A DNA stretch of 63,970 bases, counting the filler, from Licmophora abbreviata (Eukaryota): assembly GCA_900291995.1 (NCBI GenBank). It is 18 parts of 18 records of this genome, joined end to end, with 100 filler letters (N's around TTAATTAATTAA, not from the genome) between each part and the next. Parts side by side here need not be neighbours in the genome. Positions count along the whole stretch, not along the records: positions 31,725 to 35,062 come from OLMU01006149.1; positions 35,163 to 43,168 come from OLMU01006151.1; positions 43,269 to 45,077 come from OLMU01006153.1; positions 45,178 to 46,814 come from OLMU01006154.1; 14 more parts are not named here. The stretch is one strand, 5' to 3'. Shown piece after piece: positions 33,124 through 46,914 of the stretch (position 1 is the stretch's first letter; every line of letters starts with the position of its first letter). The translations under genes and the position numbers were made by a program. The notes under the pieces are model-generated. The model made no database searches, was not told the DNA's origin, and saw nothing but the letters and a program-made list of their open reading frames with translations.

Positions 33124-36100
33124 TCATTCGTTCGGCGCGCCGAACGTGACCGTCTCAGCTGCATCGTTGTCGTTCTTTCCGGCCGACATTGGATCGCGGT
33201 CGACAATGGTCATCATACCATCATCGCTGCCAATAAAGAGATATTGAGGAATGGGATTCAAGAGGCTGGAAGTCATGGAGAGGCATCGGACTGGACCGTG
33301 ACGGTGCAAATCGAGTCGGGAGCAAATCTGCAAGTCGGACAAGGTACGAATCACGACCTGACCAGACTCGCCGCCAGTGACAATCATGTTTTCTCCACAG
33401 AGCTTCATGTCATGCAAGAGTTCGCCAACTTCTGTGGTGGCCAAATGGACGCCATTTATGGTGTAAGCGAAGAGACCCCCGTCCTCCGTATGGATAGCCA
33501 TGGTACCATGAGTCTCGAGAACAAGCTTTCGCACTCCGGCCGAGTCTTGCGAGGGTTCAAAGGATCGGATGAATTCACCACGACGCACAGTGTGTATGCA
33601 TAATACACCGCCCAGCGAGCCACTGATAGCGACGTCAAGATCCGAGGAGAGCGCGACGCAAGAAACGGGTGTGACGTGTCCCCAAAGGACGTGGCAGCAA
33701 CTCAGTAGCTGGTCTCGATCGTGTGAGCCACCAAGAGCTGTTTGAACATATCCGTCGGAAAGAGCAGCGGCCATGTCTGGATGATCAACTACCCACACTC
33801 GGCACGTGCAATCCTCACCCCCAGTCAACATCAAGCCACCATCGTCTCCCAGAGCTAGACATCGGATCGGGCCTCGGTGACCACCGCTTGCCGTGCCAAG
33901 CAACTTAGAACCATCCATCGAGTGGATTTTGACTGTATCGTCCCAGTATCCGCAGCTGACCATAATAGAAGACGGTTCAGCGGAGGACAGCATGTCTTTG
34001 ACTGCGGTGTTTGTGAGGCGGTTGAGGGGAGTTGCAGCTTTCCGACGAAGATTTTCGCGCACTGTACCGCCGAGAGTGAAGGCAAACGACCAGCTTCCAA
34101 CGGCCCGGCAGCTTTTGCTGTCCTTCATCGACAAGGGTAAAGCGGACCCGCGCTTCATGGCAGCACGTGAGGTACTCAGCTCTCTTCTTGCTACCTGTCG
34201 ATGCCTGTCCATCTGAATCGAGAAGGGGTGGTGTCTATTTCCAGCGCGAAGGCGATTTGGGTTCCACTTGTATGACCCGATGCTCAAATCAGCGTATACA
34301 ATCAGCACGGACTCAGTCATGATATGGATGCAGCAGACAGCGCCTCGGGCCAAGCCGCGTCCCCCAAACTGCCTTCCTGGCGTATTGCACCTCAAATGCT
34401 TCGGTACGGTGACCTGGGCGGGTGAAATACAAACCGGGTCAGTTTACTTCGGTTGCTCTACGCTACGAAACGAAAACAAAACTTACATCGTGTATGAGCG
34501 GTTTCCAGCTTTCCTCAACAGAATTTCGGTGCGGATGAGGGTCCTTCACCAGTAGCTGACTCGGTGTCTGACCAAAGTTCTGAATGTGACTCTCGGTAGC
34601 TTTCCGGTCAACCTCGTCTGTGATCTTGTCCAAATCCACAGAGCCTTCATAGGAAAGGTAATGAAAAACGTTGTACGCTTTCTCCGCTTCTGGTCCACGT
34701 TGCTTGAAACCAAAGATAAGGTCAACCCAACGGTTGAGATGACGGCTCACATGATCTGACTCGAGCGCAAGTCGGTGTATCCTCACAAATTCATGGGCTG
34801 ATCCCTTCGCCCACGGGGGCAGGGCGACGTTGTCGATCGCCTGATGGCTCTGCGTGTGACCGAGAGGGAAACGGTTGGAGTTTAGGAACATTTCAGGAAA
34901 AGTAAAGAATTCCGGAATGAGTTCTTTCACGTCTGATGTTGAAGTCAGACAACTCTTCCAGCATCCAGCCAGGTCAAAGAATAGTCGATCTGGGCAGTCG
35001 AAGCGACCGGACTGTAGTTCAACTGCCATTGAGGTGAACGGCTCCTGGCGTAACATAAAGTGNNNNNNNNNNNNNNNNNNNNNNNNNNNNNNNNNNNNNN
35101 NNNNNNTTAATTAATTAANNNNNNNNNNNNNNNNNNNNNNNNNNNNNNNNNNNNNNNNNNNNTCGAAGCGCGCAAGTACAGACTCTGTGTCCGACCAGAT
35201 GAACTTCCTTGCCCATGAGTCCTCATTCATATGAACATCCTTATCCAAAACCTCTTCTGTTTCGACAGTCTTAATCTCGTCACCGTTTTCCTCAGCCTCG
35301 TTCTCGTAGATTTTCACGGCAGGCTCTGGTGCGGTCTAGCGCTGGTTCATTGTGCCCCATGGCAGGCCCATTATCACCGTTAGTATCAGAAATATGTTCA
35401 TCGCCGCCTTCCTCGTCATCTTCCTCATCTCTTGACATAGCTCCTTGTCCTATGAATGCAGACGTATTGCGCCGCATGACATCTGACAACTCCTCCTGAA
35501 GTCTTTTTCTTGCGCGCTCTGCTCTTCCCTTTTCCGCTTTTTCGCGCTCTTGAGTGAGCATCAGCTCGTAGCTTGCATCTTCGTGGTTGTCAAAATTACT
35601 ATTGCGAACAACGAGGATCCTCCTATGCAGTCGGTCGGTGTGCTTGGCAAGTTTCCAATGCGATGAAGAGCGCCAGAGCTCACATACTCTTCGTTCGATA
35701 GCTTCCCATCGGCTCTTTGCGGACACGGCTCGCATTCCCATGAGACGAACAGACTCGTTTCTGTCATTTCGGAAACGCCCCGCAAGACGCTTCACAGTCG
35801 CATCGCCGTCGAATTCAAGATCACGGACGGCCTCCGTCTCCGCCCACTGGCGCTGATCTTCACAGTATTCTTCGAACGGTGCATTGAGCGCGCGGTGCAG
35901 CTCTGCTGTGATGGCGTTCGTCTCCGTAGCAAGAGCTTCAATCGCCAACATCCCTTCATTTGACACCATTTCTGGAATCGCGTAACCCTCCCCAAGGTCA
36001 ACGTCATGAAATTCGCGGACCCAGTTGCTTTGGAGAAAGGAGCGAACTACTACCTCTTTTGACACCGAACCATTTCCTGTTCAAGTCCCGCTTTCAGCGA

Positions 36101-39100
36101 TTCGTAAGCGTCCACAGACAGGGCAGTTCTGAGCACCACATTTCGACCACGGTAAGCAGCGAGAACTATTTCCCGAAGTTCGAATGCGACACGTAGTAGA
36201 CGCCTGAAGTTCTTCTTCTGAGCTATTTTGTCCGGAAAGTACTTGCACGCGTCTGACCCTTCAAGTTCCATTAAAACGCCAGAACAACGGCTCAAAGCGC
36301 GATGACACAGCAAGAGAATCGCAAGAATGAGGCGATCTAGAGGGGCGGATAGGTCGTCAAACGCGGCAGAGTATCCAGCAAGAGTCGCTGACTCCCGTAT
36401 CAGCTCTATGGACCAGTACAGAAAGCAACGCAGTCGGCTGCAGCACTGAAGAAACTTCAGGCTGCTTGGCTCAAGGTGAGACATCAGCACAAGCGACAAC
36501 CGGATCAAGGACGCGAGCAAGGGCCCCTGTGAATTACCAAGGCGCGGCTCGTTGCTACGGACAAGAGCCAGCCCGTGCAATTGCGAGGCTGGTTGTGATA
36601 CATCGAGAGAATCTGGAAAAATGAAGGCATCGAGAAGGGACAGCACCTGACTTGTTAATGCCACGGAGACCCGCTTCTCTAACTCTCGTTCTCGTCGAGA
36701 CCGATCACCGGGGGGTCTCTCACTGGTGATCCCGAGAATGTTGACATACTCGCAGCCGTCAATTCCCGGCACGTCTCCCTCAGGAAGTCGTATTCCGTGT
36801 AAGCCTCCAGAAATGTCATCGACGGCAGAAGCTTGTTGGTTTCTATAGTCGAGCAGTTGTACCACTCCAAATCTGAAAGAGTTCAAGGGTTCAACGCGGT
36901 CAGTTCCATCAAAGTGGTTAACCGAAGGATTCGATTGGACAAGGACAAGGACAAGGACAAGAACAATAACGGAAACGTACCCACTGTTGGTTACAACAGC
37001 TGCCGTGAGCGCTGTCAGGTGTCGTAAGCAACGCCATTGATCGACAGCGGACGCAATATCTATATCACCGCCTCCAGCAGAGACTATAGCGTTCGTAACG
37101 ACATGTGCGCTGTGTCTGAGAAGCGTTTTCCGCTCGCTACCGTCCCCAACAGGAATTGTGCCAATAGTCTTCACATCGAGAGTCCCGTAATCGATGAGAT
37201 TTTTCAAGAGATGGTTGAGAAGAAGGCTGAATACCTCGTGCCCGTTCACACAGACGCGCTGCAAGGAGGCAGCTTCTTCGATGGCATGCAGAGCCTAAGA
37301 ACAAAAAATATGCAGAATGAGATAACAGCTTCACGGCTGACACAGCAGCTCACGCCGTCGACATACCTGATCGCCACCTCGTCGAATACAGTCGCCGAGA
37401 AGACTTGAATACAGTTTCACTGAAAGGTCAAACAACATGTGTTTTTGCGGTAAAGAGCCGGTCCCAACCGCTGGATCAGACTTGAAGTTCGAGTTTCGTT
37501 GCGAGCCTGCATCACGCGCACGCGACTCTACAGTTTCCTCCATGCTGGTTCTGTGTAGGTAAGGCGCTGCACCCGCCTCTTGTTGCGTGTTGTTCAGCGA
37601 GCTGTCGTCAGTGGGGATATATTTAACTTTGAGTTCCTCCACAACATCTGACTCAAGGTGAAATAGCGACGGCTGCCACTGTGGGCACTTGAGTAGCAAA
37701 TTCAGATTCGAATGGCTTGTCAAAACCATTCCAACTAGTTCAAGCAACCATCGTTCTTTCGTGCTGTCATCAAGGAATCGAAGAAGTCGCAGGATGCTGT
37801 TGATGGCACCATTGTCTTGAAACTTCTTTCCTTTGATAGAGCTGAGCTGCAATAAGAGCATGTTGGATTGGTCCACACTGAATCGATATCCAGTCCGCAT
37901 TACCTCGTCTTTGACAACCACTGTTTCTACCACAGTTTCTGCCGAATACTGCAGTCCGCGGTTGTCAAGCATCAACTGAACAAGCGCGTCGTGACTCCCT
38001 GAACCTAGGCGAGAGCGATGGGCCTTTAACAGATGCCAAAGAAGTTTGTAGACTACCTTGACACTACTCCCCGACGAGTGAATCATGCTCGACAGGACGT
38101 TGCTGCTCCCTATATCTGCTAACCCCTTTCCAATGTTCGATATTCTTGCAGTAAAACGCCTGGCAGGCGTCGCTCGAGCCTGCGACAAAAAGCTGATGGG
38201 GGCCTTGGTATCCAGGCCGGTCGCACCTTCGGATTGGGACGAAATCGAGTTAGTACCGCATTGGAGCTGGGGCCGATCACGTCCAAGTAAACCGAAAGAC
38301 AGCGGATTCCGATCGATCTAACCTCGTCGTCAAATGAGTTTCCTAGGCCACAAAGAATCCAGGCAGCAACTCCATGAGCGCCTCCGCAACACGCGGCGAA
38401 GCCTTCGTAAAGACCTACAATAGCAGGTCGCGTCTGTAGCAAAAAGTAAGTAATAGTCGCAGCTTTCAGAGAACAATCGTGCATTTCGAGTCTGGTGCCC
38501 GTCCGAAGTGACGCGTCTCTTCCACAGCTGACGTCCACTGAAGCCCTCCCAAACTCGTATTCTAAAGTGTAGGAGATGTAATTCAAAAGAGGCGATAGAG
38601 ACCGCGAAGACGTTCCGGCCAGCAACATCTCGACAATCATACCGAAGATCACATCAATAACGTGTCGTCGCTCGTTGAGCGTAAGAACCGCGTCGGTCTC
38701 CAGGCCGGAAAAGCGGCTCCTGTCGAACAACTCAGTTCCCGGTTCTCGCGAAAGCTGTTTTTAAAGGTTCAACAGAGAAGAAAGACAAGGAATGAGAACG
38801 CAGCTTTAACATTTCTGCCGGAGTTGTCGCAACGAAGATCAACCTACATCCATGCCGTCTACATTCGTGTATTCCTTCAGTGAGTCGACCAACTGCCTGA
38901 CACCGACGCAGTCCCTAGCTTTCCCTGGATTCGTCTTAACTATTGATGAAAGTACTGGGAGCAGAATCGAGTAGAGCGAAGTTCCCGGCACCTGGTTACA
39001 GTTATGGAACCAAAGCGGAAAATTGAAAAGTAGACGGGAGTATACAGTCGTCTCAAGGCCTGTGTAATGCGAGCAAGCCGTTCGGAGTTCGAGCAACGAT

Positions 39101-42100
39101 TCTGCTACCATACTTGAAAGCCCAGGATACATCGCAAGAATGTCAATTAATGATCCGGTCTCTACCGATCCTGTCTCTGTGACTGCACTGACGTTTCGGT
39201 TCGATAGCAGAAGCTGCTCAATTATATCGATACCTCCGCATCTCAGCATTTCTCGAGCGTTATTGTCGTGCCCCCGTAGAAAGGCGGTGAGAATCGATAT
39301 CAGTGCGGGTATCAGTGAGAACGATATAGCCTTCCCAGGTAAGTATGAAACCCCGGAACCTCTTTTTGCGTCAACGCCATCTTCGACAAGCCATAGCTTT
39401 TCAATGTCTCCAGAGAGAAGGGTATCGAAGATCGGAAGTAAGGCTTGAATTCCACCGATATTCGCTATCGTATCTCGAGCCCCATCGATCTTCCATGCGA
39501 CAACACTATCTTCGTCGATTCGAACATGAGCACCTGCATGAACGTCAACTAACACAGGCGCTTCAATCCGAGACGGATGCCAGACCAGAAACAGTTTTGA
39601 GCCAAAGGCAGGCCCGGAAAGCTCGGCCGGTAGTTCAAAAAGCTCGGAATGCTCATCTTCGCCGAGGTCCACCACGTCGATTCCAGACAGATGCGTATGG
39701 CCAGAAACAGCCGCCGAGTGACATTCCTGGCTTGATAAAACAATGTCGTCAGCATCGGCACGAGCCATTTCGACCCCCAACGCATTGGACTTCTGTGCCT
39801 TTTCTGCTCGACTAGAATCCCATTGCTGGTCGTCCTGACCGTCCTTCCGAACCATTCTGTCGACTGACCCTGTAGCATCGTACAGAGTCTTCAACGAACC
39901 ATCGGAAACATTACCATTAAACAGGAAAAGTCGACCTGCTTGTCCTTCAAAGTTCGATCCGAATTCAATCCTCATGGCAAATGTTCCATTGGGTTTTGTC
40001 TCAGAAGCTTTCACAGGATGGCGCATCAACCCATCCAATAGAGACGGGACGCTTTCGCCAGAGTTTCCTGGAAGTTCGGTCTTTGGGAAAGGCAGCGACT
40101 CTGAGAGCATTACCTTGCCGTCTAGTAGAATAGATATTTGTTGACGAGATGACAACGAAAAGACACCCTGCAGCCTGGATCGAGTGTGTCGAATTGCGAG
40201 GTGATACCAAACTCGAGGCAACAGGACACATCGTGTCATTTGAATTTGATGCGACAGGTGACCGGACGAGCGACCGTTTGAGTCACGGTTTGAGTCATAG
40301 ACGGATACAACAATCACCATAGCCGCCTCTCCTTTCGGCACGTTTCCTTCCAGCGGCTTCAGCGAGACCTCCATGCCCCCTCCATTGTCAGTACGAATGG
40401 CAAGTAATTTTGGATGGTGCTGTGGGTCCGAATAATCGAAGGTTTCGGCACGAAACCAAAGTGCCATCCCGAAATCGTTCTTGAATGGCCACGATGAGAG
40501 AGGCGTGATCTTTCGGTGAAGTCCCTTCCCATACCCAAAGGAGAAAAAATGACGAGGAATAAATCTTCCAAGGAGCCGGGATGAGCTGGGCGAAACGTCT
40601 GCAGCAGATCGGAGAGCCCGCAAAAGCAGCACTCGGTCCATTCCTGGAAAGTGGCAGTCTCTGTGTGACAATGAACCCGAAGAAGGAGACGGAATAGGTC
40701 GCGACAACAGCTCCAGCATAAAGCGAAGCTCTTTCGTTGATATCGTGGCCGAGCTGAGTATCCCAATGAGTCGAGCTATTGGTGCAATGAGATAGTCTGC
40801 CGTGCATTCTTGTACAATTGTCCCCCAAAAGGTCAGTAGATGGTTGATGGTTTGACTTCCGATTGACTTCCACGCAGTGCCACTGAGAAATCGTACGACC
40901 CCATATACTTGATCCGGACGGTGCGTCGTTCGCGTGTAACTTCCGTTCGCTGACTTCTCGAAAAGCTCTCGTCGCTCCCTCCGTACTTTGTCAATCATTT
41001 CACGCTGTTGACGCACCCGTCGAACTCGTTCGTGCGTACGGGTCTGAAAATCACGGCTGTCTGCACCTCCACTATCTTCCGCACTAGGCGTCATTTCGTC
41101 AGGGCTGTCGTTGTCGTCCCACCATTCGCAAGTTCTTAAGCACGCATTATTGTATTCGTCGTCCGTCTCGTTGGTAAGCAGCCGGATCAATATGCGTAAA
41201 AGAGCGAGAGAAAAGGCAGGCGGAAGACGAATCAATATATGGTGATTGCAAAGCACCGAAATAAGCGACATCTTATCAGCCCCAGCAACCGATATTAGAA
41301 CATCGGTCGGCAATGTAGCATCCAGATCTCCATGTCGCCTCATAGCAGGACCCATCCAGTGTCGAACTTTCAGCATTTCTGTTTCGAGCGCAAGAATTCG
41401 TTGAACACATTCCAACGGCGGTGGCGGTGTACAGAGGGTAGCAAACAATGAGTAGAGCAGAAGAACTTCATCTGTGGTGTCTACCAACAACAACGGCTTT
41501 GCATCACTCTTGTTGTGTCGCAGAAAAGGCAGAAAGATGCGTCGTGTCTTTGGTGACGCTGATGGTGACGCTTCGGACGGAAAACGAGAAGTGCGCAGTC
41601 GAGCTGGGATCTCTTCCTCGGTAGTAGCGGAGCGGAGCTCTGATACCGGCAACGGAAGTGCACCGCATGCATCCAGCAACTCGGCAACAGTCTGATTTGG
41701 TTGCGGTAGTGGTTGCTGCTCGTCCTCGTCGATAGGTATAGTTCGTTCACTCTCGTGTGGATCGTTTTGGGCAGCCGTGTCTGTTGAATCTACGGCTGCA
41801 CTCTCAGGCTCCGACAATTCTTCCTTGGAAGCACTCTTCTCCACAACGTCACTCAAGGCCTCGTCTCTCGGATCCTCCTCCACCTCTTGGAATCGATCCT
41901 CTTCAAACTCGGAAGCTGAGGTCCTAATGGAGGACCTCGACACAGTCGACTGTCTCGAAACATGACGTGCCATTGCGGATGGCAAGGGAAACTCGATGGA
42001 CGCCTCCTGCATATATCGCTCTGTCGTGTGTATCTGTCGAAAGTCCGAGCTACCAACCGAGTCATCATCCTCATCATTGTCCGATGCCAAGACACTATCC

Positions 42101-42339
42101 GATCGTTCCATGCGCGTCGCTGCTTCCACAACTGCAGCTGTCGCCTGTTCGAGTTCGTGTGGGTCCATGCGAGTCTCTTCTAAATCGACGTTTTCGGAAT
42201 CAGAGTCGGATGCCACAGAGTCTTCTTGCATAGTTTCGTCTCGTCGTTGTTGTTGTTGTTGTTGTTCAATTGAATTCATCGTGTCAATTACTAGAACAGA
42301 GGAAGAATCCACGACATGGTTCTCATCATTCTGACTCAT
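33124..42339 (-). CDS. BEACH domain protein (neurobeachin/LvsC-like): ConA-like, ARM, PH, BEACH, WD40; multi-exon, spans gap 35063-35162
   Basis: LQSGRFDCPDRLF, DVKELIPEFF, LPPWA, WVDLIFGFKQRG and NFGQTPSQL, plus C-terminal WD40s and an N-terminal WYHLAI.H lectin-like domain. Several 1-nt frameshifts. Confidence 0.93.
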
Positions 42340-42820
42340 CTTATACACTATACACTATATACTATCGTGTGCTCGTCGTCTATCAGAAACAATGGTACAA
42401 TCATGGACTGGCTGCAGGCATTCTGTTGCCAGGATAGTGTCATCGTCGTATGGGTCTTTTTGTTCCAAACCTGACCAAGAAAGGATACTTGTTGTTGTCC
42501 CAGTTTTGAGAGTGGAAGGACAGACGGTCCTATCATTGTGTGCGTCGTGTCGAAGGACTTGAGTTTTGCGCGCTATTGTCGCGCGCCGCTCACACAACAC
42601 AGCATCCAAATGACACCTACGTCGTCGTCATCGACACTTTCAACTTACACCTAGACAAACATATCGTTGATATTGATACAGACTGACTGACTGACTCTCT
42701 GTTCTTGTTCTTGTTCTTGTTTTTTGTTCTTGCTGCCGTTGTCGTTTCGGGCTACCCTCCTCGATGAGCAGCTCTACTCCTAGTAGTCGCAGTTTTACAA
42801 GACAAAAGCGCAAGCTCACC

Positions 42821-43490
42821 ATGGCAGAGCAAGAAGCGCAAGAACAACAAGGAAACTCTCTTGGACGTCGACGATCCAGTCGGCAAACGAATGTAGGTCA
42901 ACGAACGCAGTTGTGTGTGTGTGTGTGCTCTGGCACGTATACCATCAGAGAAAGCGACTCATCCGTGCTCTGCTCTCTGTGTACGCACTACTCGCTAGCG
43001 CATTGCCACATCGCACCTCCGTCGTTTGAAACAGCTCTTTTGGGACGGCGATGTTCTGTACAGCGACACCAACAATGACGACGACCAAACGAAGCCATCG
43101 ACTACAACCACAACGCACCAGAAGCAAGCGTCGCATGGAAACTACAAGTCCTCTCCCCCTTCTCCAATNNNNNNNNNNNNNNNNNNNNNNNNNNNNNNNN
43201 NNNNNNNNNNNNTTAATTAATTAANNNNNNNNNNNNNNNNNNNNNNNNNNNNNNNNNNNNNNNNNNNNCCACTGCTCAATGGTGGTCAGGGGCTCCGTGT
43301 GCAACCCAAGCGAGGACGAGCCGTCGTCTTTTGTAACATTACAAAGGACGGTACTCCAGATACTCGGACGATTCATGCCGGGGAACCGGTACTGGGGGGA
43401 CCACCACAGAAGGACAACAAGTCTACTGGCAAAACAAGTGGCGTGACGCCTGTCAAGTATGGAATCAATATTTGGGCTTGCGAAGAGTGA
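42821..43490 (+). CDS. Prolyl 4-hydroxylase-like 2OG oxygenase, middle in gap 43169-43268
   Basis: VQPKRGRAVVF.N....G.PD.RT.HAGEPV...KYGINIW at 43299-43490. Assignment of the N-terminus at 42821 is tentative. Confidence 0.7.
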
Positions 43491-43540
43491 TGGAATCATA
43501 GTATTAGAAAAAAATAATGAAGCTTCTCTAGTTTGCTTCT

Positions 43541-45374
43541 CTAAAGCAATACACACCACGCAGCAGCGAACGCCGCAAGCGATACCGCATGCGAGAGGCC
43601 AAGCGTATATCGTGTGGCGGTCGATGAAACTTCGGGTCCGCCGATAGCGCTGGCTATATTGGGTGGTTCTGTGGGTTCGGGTGTCGTCGTGGGACGGAGC
43701 GAGGGCGTCCACGTTGGAAGCGACAAAGGTGGAACTGTCGGTGCACTCGTTGTTGGTTCTGCCGTGGGACCCGGTGTGGGTCTACTGCTCGGCTGCTTTG
43801 TCGGCCCACGAGTTGGAGGAGCGACGGGAATATCTGTCGGCGCTGGAGTCGGTTCCAATGTCGCTTCTGGCGCAATGCCAGACACTCGAAAGGACATGAC
43901 CGTTCCGGATCCACCAATGCTATGGATCTCAATGCCCGTTTGTTTCAACACTCCTCCCTGGTAGCTGTTCGTGTTGGGGTATAGGTCGGGATCGGCAAAG
44001 CCATACTGTATCGGCGCAGGCCCGAGTGTGTTTCCCTGAGTAAAAAAATCAAAGTTGTGGCCGAGATTCCTGCCCAACTCCATATCAAAGACGCGGTCTG
44101 CTTGCACCAACGCGACCCGGTAGTGAAGTCCATTCTCGGGCCAGCCCGGTTGTCCCGGATACCCTCGTTCCATATTATACTCATTCCCCACACTGTCATC
44201 AATGTGATAAATCAGTAGACCTCCGTTCCATAGCAGAGAATCCCATTGCACCGGCTGTCGGTTCTCAATTAACAGGTACTCTCCTTCGGGAAAGTTGTGG
44301 TCGATCCGGTATACCTGCGGCGCCAACGCTGACGCTTCAATCGTATACCGGCCATCTTGCGTTATTCGTGTTGGTTGCACCCAGTTCAAATCAATCTTGC
44401 ACCAGGGACTGAGATTCGAAGGGTATAGCTGCGAAGAGTCGACTCCGTACTGTCGAGAGGAAAAAAGGACGGAACGGAGAAATATATGTGAGCTCATGTC
44501 GAAAAGAACACATTCCCTCCATCATAAGATAGATATCGGTACCATCCATAGATATGCATGTACTCACTGGATTGCTCATGATATCCCAGTGTCCCAACCC
44601 ACTGCCGACCCAGTTTCCATCGTATAAATCAGGAAGACCGACGATATGGAGAAACTCATGCGTCAAGACTCCTATCCGAACTATATCATCCCCACAAGTT
44701 CCTCTCATGGCCGGAGACACCATGTACTGTCCCATTTCAATACTCCCATCCGGAGCTTTCCAAGACGCGTAGCTCTTGGAGATTGCATGAGACCAAATTC
44801 GATGCTCGTGTCGTCTTCCACTGTAGCAATCGGCTCCACCAATCTCGGCAGCAAAACCGGAATGCATCAAGACGGCGTTGTCGATCACACCGTCACCGTT
44901 CGAGTCAAATTCAGTAAAGTTAAATCCCTGTTCATAGTAATAGTCCAAGATCGGATGCAGAGAGTAGCCAAATTCGATGCGCAGTCCCGAAGCATTGAAG
45001 GAATACTCGTACTCCGTCTTGTCCGTGAGAGTCCACGGCAGGATAGTCGTCTCCCATTCCAGCTGATCGTACGAGTTNNNNNNNNNNNNNNNNNNNNNNN
45101 NNNNNNNNNNNNNNNNNNNNNTTAATTAATTAANNNNNNNNNNNNNNNNNNNNNNNNNNNNNNNNNNNNNNNNNNNNTTGTTGTTGTTGTTGTTGTGAAG
45201 CAGTCGTCTCCCACCAGGAAATAAGAGTGACGACAAAGAGTCGTCGGTGTAGTTGGAAGGTAAAAAGTCAGGATGAGGCGGCGCTAGGGCATGCGCGGAT
45301 GGTAGTACATGGTGCGGTGCGATGATGATGCAAAACAAGAGACAAATGGAGAGTGGTAAGGGCGACAGCAACAT
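43541..45374 (-). CDS. M6-family (immune inhibitor A-like) zinc metalloprotease with Pro/Thr stalk and GPI-like tail; intron 44450-44567, gap 45078-45177
   Basis: Signal peptide then APPHP, FD.NGDG.ID, HSGF.AE, IGV..HEFLH..GLPDLYD, DIMSN, EYLLIENRQ and GLLIYHID. Confidence 0.88.
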
Positions 45375-46914
45375 GCAGTTTGTTGTTTCGCCTTCCGAGG
45401 ACCGAGTTCTTCTTCTTGTTCGCCGCCGGGATCGTCGTAGTATCATTCTATCTAGTTTCGTTTCACCTAGGGAGAGCAGTCGAACTCTTGTCAGTTGCAC
45501 GACTTGAAACTGCGGAATGTTTGTGACTGTGGCTCAATTGAACAACACAGTGTAATGCTCATGAGATCGTCGTGAGCCAATCTTGTCACATCTTGAGAAA
45601 CCAATTTGGCTCGTGCATGTTTCGCAGGTCCAAATTTTTGGATACTGACTCTCGTGTAGACTCCACGTACTTATGCCTAGACATATGTAAACTTTACATT
45701 TATGATCAGATACTTGTCTTACTTATCTCGAAGTACCCATTCACACCGATGCCGTCTGTTTTCAATTTTTGGACGGTTGGCTCAAATTTCTTCTCGCGGA
45801 GGAACACAGGACACAGGGCGATGTGACCATAAAGAAAACAGCGTTCGCGATGCTCTTGCAAAGACTTTCCAGGGGTTCAGCTGCCCCCCCTGATCAATCT
45901 GTTGCTGTATTGTGTTTCATAGTGGCCCGTCTGATGTGCGTTGCGCGCGCGCTCCAGGCGAGACGTTCCACGCGTGGCATCCAAAGTCAAACCGGAAGTG
46001 AAGCGGGCCGCTGGCGAATATTGGCTCTTCACGCGATGGCAAATCCGACAATCGCAAGGTCATAATCTCCCAAGGTGGGACTTCTAGGGCAGCCGAGAGC
46101 AAGCTCATGGCAACAATGGCCAGCGTTTACATTGGCAGCGCGAAGATTATGGCGCCTCAACATCCAACGACAGCTCGAAATGTGAGCATCGTTGAAGCTG
46201 CAAAGAGGTATCCAAATCTCACTGCTAAGAGAGTTGAGCGAAATTTCGGGCCAAGGAATCCGGTGTCACTTCCAACGGGTCAACAAGAGTTGATTGTCGA
46301 TGCAAGTCAGATGACGATAGATGCCAACGACGACCACGAGGAGAGAAACGGCAGTATGCCGAAGAGGCGAGCAGAATCACAGCGAGTGCCAGCAATGCCA
46401 AACTGGAGGACGTGATGGCCAAGGGCATGACCGATCGCCTGAAGCAACTCAAGACAGCTTCAGAATGGCGCCCACTTCTTGCGGTGCTCCGCAAAGACGG
46501 GAAGCATTCGAAGAAACAATTAGCGGTGCCTTCGACATCAAGATCTCCACGAGGAGTTGAAAAAAATTGGACTTCACGCAAAATGGCATCTTGGGATCAA
46601 TGATACATGTTACTGCTTCTTGGGTCACACTCATCAAAACAACAGGAAGCTTTTCAGGGTACCGACGCCGTCTATGCTCAATATGTCGACGGGCCGGCTC
46701 AAAGCTTTGCATGTGGGTGTAGTCTATCGCGTCGTAATTGCAAAGCGTTATGTCTATCGTCATAATACGATGCCCCCTTACTAAAGCATATCTTTCAGTT
46801 TTCTATTTCGTATCNNNNNNNNNNNNNNNNNNNNNNNNNNNNNNNNNNNNNNNNNNNNTTAATTAATTAANNNNNNNNNNNNNNNNNNNNNNNNNNNNNN
46901 NNNNNNNNNNNNNN

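Noticed and set aside
45572..46814. Short ORFs between the two M6 proteases
   Set aside because: No recognisable motifs or consistent splice model. They may be intergenic or an unrecognised small gene.
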